Below are positions 60,335-64,000 of a DNA stretch of 64,000 nucleotides, in pieces. The position numbers were made by a program, and so were the translations under genes. The notes beneath the pieces are model-generated. The model did not search any database. It saw nothing but the letters and a program-made list of their open reading frames with translations, and was not told the origin of the DNA. How positions within the stretch are numbered: the first letter of the stretch is position 1; each line of letters begins with the position of its first letter. Origin of the DNA: Promethearchaeota archaeon (GTDB lineage: Archaea > Asgardarchaeota > Lokiarchaeia > Sigyniarchaeales > SOKP01); the NCBI GenBank assembly GCA_048937405.1, contig JBHLNF010000003.1:96001-160000 (forward strand), given 5' to 3'.

Positions 60335-63300
60335 ATGGGCGTAATACTCAAAATAGCATTGCGTAATATGAAAAGACGTAAATTACGATATATTCTAACT
60401 ACAATTACACTTGTGATCAGTGTAGCATTATTTGGAGGTGTTCTGATTGTCTCAGATTCATTTCATCAAATGATGTTAAATACTTTTGATGAACAATTGG
60501 GTACAGCAGACATTTTAATCAGAACAACTAATAGTACTGATAGTTGGTTTGATCCTGATGAAATTGACCTTGAAATCAGAAATGTAGAACATGTTGAATC
60601 AGTAGCTTATAGGATTTCAGGTTATAATATATACGTTAGTTCTATTGATAATGGAACTCAAGCTGATAATGGTATATCCACGGGAATTTATGGTATCAAC
60701 CCTCAAAATAGAGATGAACAGAAATTGGGTGGAACACCATATATCATAGATTCCATCAGTAACGGTGAAACAATCGAAGAACTTCTTGATTACACACATG
60801 AAATAACTGGAGATAAAGTAGTGGTTATTTCAGAATCATTAAAAATTCAATTAGGTGGAAATTTTACTGTAAATAAAAGCATTTGGATCTATCCAAATGA
60901 AGGGGATGAACTGGGACAGGGATATGATCCCAGAAATACAGGGACATGGATCGAATACACTGTTGTAGCTATTATACGTGATACTAGTGAAGCCCGTGAT
61001 TTCGATCCAGAAGGTACATCAACAAGCTCAATGATGGGGCTAGGTCTAGGCCCTGGAATATTTGCTAATATTAATAATACACATGAACTTGTTGATGGTA
61101 CAGAAAATCACACTGGTGAATATACATTAGGTGTGGTGGGTGTTGACAATATATATAGAATTTCTTCTGTGGCAGAAAATATTCAAACTCAATTAACAGA
61201 TCTCGATGATGAAAAAGATTGGGTTGTAAACGACTTGAAATCAGATAGTATTGAACAGATTGACACTTCAATGAGTATCATGCGTACGATGTTTAGTTTA
61301 TTTGGGATAATAGCATTGATCCTATCAATAATTTTAATGATGAATATCTTCAATATTATTAAAAAAGAACAGGAATATGAAACAGGGATGTTTCAGGCAA
61401 TTGGAGCCTCAAAATCTGAAACCTTTAAGATGTTCTTAACCCAAGGTATTGTTATGGGGATAATTGGAACATCAATAGGGACAATGTTTTCTTTTTTGAT
61501 ATCTTACGTAATAATGTCAGTTACATTCCAAAGTTTAACAGAGATTACATCTCAATTTGAAGGAGTAACAATTTCAAATTTTGAAATTATCTTATATCCA
61601 TCAACTCTTATAATTACCTTTATAGTAGGCTTTATATCCTGTGTTCTTGCTTCGCTTTATCCTAGCTGGAAAGCAAGTCGTAAACCTATTATAGAATGCT
61701 TAAATCCTATTGAAGAAAAGTCTAAAAGAGAGAAAAGGCATTATTTGAAAAGAATTGTATTTCTTATTTTAGGAGGATTACTCATTTACTTTGGTATTCT
61801 GCTTATGGATTTTGGCTCTGAATCTACATTTGAAGTTCAATCTAATACAGAAACTCCTGGTGGGGGAAGTATGGTTACTGGTATGTTTGGTCCTATGTTT
61901 ATCTTATTTGGAATGATATGGATAATGGTACTCTGTATTAAACCACTTAATAGAATGTTTACATTTTTCTTTTCTCCCTACCTTCAAAAAACACGATTAT
62001 TAACTGAAAAGAATATACTGAGACATCGAAGGAGAACTGCTTTAACTTTTACATTAATCACTTTAACAACAAGTTTTTTAATTGGTATAAGTGTTATGAT
62101 GGATTCGATGAGATCGGGTATAAATACCACTATTAATGATTTTATGGGTGGTGACATTCGAATTTTTACTTATGGGACTCCTAAAAGTTTTGAAGATGGA
62201 ATAATAAATCAATCTGGAGTTGATGATGCAATGGGGACTACTTTTCAAAATGCACAAATTCAAATGGAAACTGAACTGGTTGGACATAGCATGCTTGATG
62301 ACGATTGGAATAAAACAATAACTATAAATGTCCTAGATACTACGAAAGTTAGGGAACATCTGACTAAATCAATTATAGTTTCCCCCGAGAAAATGACTCT
62401 TGATGAAATGATGGATGAAATTGAAGAGAACAATAATATTATAATTGATGAACAATTTGCTAAAGAATATAACGTTAAAGTAGGAGATCACTTACCTATT
62501 AATTTCTCACTTGGTCTAGATTATGCAAATTTCACAGCATTCCTCTATATGGATGATTATAATGCAAATGAAGTTAGTTTAGTAGTAAATATGAGTGTTG
62601 TTGCTATTGTCAGAAGTATTCAAGGATTTGTAAGTCTAGATCTTTTTGGTATGAGTGAAGGAAAGACTTATAATATGTATATATCTTGGGATGTTTATGA
62701 AGAAATCGCATCAAAAAACTTGCCTGGTGGAGGAACTGACCTTGTTTTCAGGCAAAAAGAGAATACTGGTATTCCTGAGGTAGATAATTTTTTACCAAGT
62801 TGGTTTAACTTTTCAACTGTAGAAACGATCATGAACAGCATTAATGGAATTGATTACTATACAACAAGAATGGATTATTTTACAGCTACATTTAATGGTT
62901 CAGTAGTTGATTCAAAGACTTCAGTTGTTGGTATTCATACAAATTCAAGCGGACGACTAAAATCTGATTCGTATTTTGGAAATAATAGTCTTATAGAACA
63001 ACAATTAGGATATGAAGGATCTACAATGGAAGAATTACTTAATAAAGACGAAAATATATGTGTGGTCGATGAAACCTTTATAAAATATCATCCTTCGGCA
63101 AAAATCGGTGATAATATTAATATATTTTCACAAGATGCTATATATGATCCATATTCACCATGGACTTGGCCATCATTTGAAATTGTTGGAATAATAGAGG
63201 CTCCTACTTTATATAATGCAGAACGCTATAATTGGGATGCTAGTTATGAAACAGCCTTCGATGTTATTGGAACTAATGGTTCGATTTATGTAAATTATGA

Positions 63301-64000
63301 AAAAGCGAGAAATATTATATATGAAGATTATAAGGGATCGAATTATTTTGATGACAATGTAACATCAGTCTTAGTTCACTGTGAACACCCTTCAAACAAT
63401 ACAATTTGTAATTATATGCTTCAACTGAGTCTCCCCCTTTCAGCAAACTGGTCAATTATTGACGTTAAGAGCTTAACACTGTATATGAGAACTAGTGTAT
63501 ATGATTGGTTTGTTTGGATAGAGGATGGTGTAAAAGATGAGGTGGTATTAGAAGAGGCAGCACAATTTATACACGATAGTGGATATCTTATAATATTCTC
63601 CTTCACAAGATCTTTTATAAAATCCACTTTCAACACTTTATTAAATTTAATCGTTTTCATAACCAATGGTTTATTATTCTTATGTATAATTATTGCAATG
63701 ATAGGATTAACACTTCATAGTCTTCTTACAACTATGGCACGTAGGAGAGAAATCGGCATGCTTAGATCTATAGGATTAAGTAGAAAAGCTGTTATACGTT
63801 CAATATCGGGAGAATCATTAATTCTAGCAATCTTAGGTTTATTTGGTGGTATTACTGCAGGTCTAACTCTTGGGTCATTTATGGTGAGTTCAATACCTGG
63901 AGGGGGATTCCTTACTGTAACTTATACAGTTCCATGGTTAACGTTATTTATTTTAGTTTTGGTAGTATTAGTTACAGTAATTCTAAGTTCACGATATCCT
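60335..64000 (+). CDS. FtsX/MacB-like ABC transporter permease, two-repeat type (3'-truncated by window; missing from ORF track)
   Basis: ATG 60335 MGVILKIALRNMKRRKLRYILT...; FtsX motifs EYETGMFQAIGAS (~61375) and RRREIGMLRSIGL (~63740); spot-checked in the same frame at the window end (...ILSSRYP), and its absence from the ORF track is consistent with no internal stop. Confidence 0.92.
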   Translation, partial: MGVILKIALRNMKRRKLRYILTTITLVISVALFGGVLIVSDSFHQMMLNTFDEQLGTADILIRTTNSTDSWFDPDEIDLEIRNVEHVESVAYRISGYNIYVSSIDNGTQADNGISTGIYGINPQNRDEQKLGGTPYIIDSISNGETIEELLDYTHEITGDKVVVISESLKIQLGGNFTVNKSIWIYPNEGDELGQGYDPRNTGTWIEYTVVAIIRDTSEARDFDPEGTSTSSMMGLGLGPGIFANINNTHELVDGTENHTGEYTLGVVGVDNIYRISSVAENIQTQLTDLDDEKDWVVNDLKSDSIEQIDTSMSIMRTMFSLFGIIALILSIILMMNIFNIIKKEQEYETGMFQAIGASKSETFKMFLTQGIVMGIIGTSIGTMFSFLISYVIMSVTFQSLTEITSQFEGVTISNFEIILYPSTLIITFIVGFISCVLASLYPSWKASRKPIIECLNPIEEKSKREKRHYLKRIVFLILGGLLIYFGILLMDFGSESTFEVQSNTETPGGGSMVTGMFGPMFILFGMIWIMVLCIKPLNRMFTFFFSPYLQKTRLLTEKNILRHRRRTALTFTLITLTTSFLIGISVMMDSMRSGINTTINDFMGGDIRIFTYGTPKSFEDGIINQSGVDDAMGTTFQNAQIQMETELVGHSMLDDDWNKTITINVLDTTKVREHLTKSIIVSPEKMTLDEMMDEIEENNNIIIDEQFAKEYNVKVGDHLPINFSLGLDYANFTAFLYMDDYNANEVSLVVNMSVVAIVRSIQGFVSLDLFGMSEGKTYNMYISWDVYEEIASKNLPGGGTDLVFRQKENTGIPEVDNFLPSWFNFSTVETIMNSINGIDYYTTRMDYFTATFNGSVVDSKTSVVGIHTNSSGRLKSDSYFGNNSLIEQQLGYEGSTMEELLNKDENICVVDETFIKYHPSAKIGDNINIFSQDAIYDPYSPWTWPSFEIVGIIEAPTLYNAERYNWDASYETAFDVIGTNGSIYVNYEKARNIIYEDYKGSNYFDDNVTSVLVHCEHPSNNTICNYMLQLSLPLSANWSIIDVKSLTLYMRTSVYDWFVWIEDGVKDEVVLEEAAQFIHDSGYLIIFSFTRSFIKSTFNTLLNLIVFITNGLLFLCIIIAMIGLTLHSLLTTMARRREIGMLRSIGLSRKAVIRSISGESLILAILGLFGGITAGLTLGSFMVSSIPGGGFLTVTYTVPWLTLFILVLVVLVTVILSSRYP

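Noticed and set aside
55967-63666. Antisense ORFs over aclA, idh, padR and the permease (e.g. 56247-56612, 56622-57161, 63421-63666)
   Set aside because: They overlap well-supported genes on the opposite strand and have no independent evidence

Overview
AT-rich, entirely plus-strand window, most likely from an Asgard archaeon (Lokiarchaeia/Promethearchaeota). That assignment is inferred from the Arf/Rab-like small GTPases, a 'NYPP..IILWML.NN..C.W.DF' wHTH module and archaeal-type TATA/oligo-T signals. Bases 1-52304 are one uninterrupted reading frame of at least 17,431 aa, open at the left edge. Its first ~14,400 aa are acidic, sequon-rich extracellular modules: LamG/ConA-like domains, two beta-propeller families, DUF2341, a DNRLRE-like domain, Ig-like and jelly-roll domains. 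These are assembled by in-frame insertion into one another (nested up to four deep) rather than only in tandem. They are followed by Dx[DN]xDG Ca-binding-type loops, several Gly/Ala-rich hydrophobic helices, and a compositionally distinct ~1,850-aa tail. The tail contains a possible ubiquitin-like fold and ends in a papain/C39-like Cys-His-Asp peptidase. Directly downstream are two small-GTPase genes that both lack the Walker A lysine. Together this looks like a giant polymorphic toxin/adhesin with candidate pseudo-GTPase immunity or partner proteins; this reading is inference and the best candidate for an undescribed system. The rest of the window is aclB-aclA-idh, a PadR regulator with two predicted operators, and an FtsX-type ABC permease that runs off the right edge and is missing from the ORF track.
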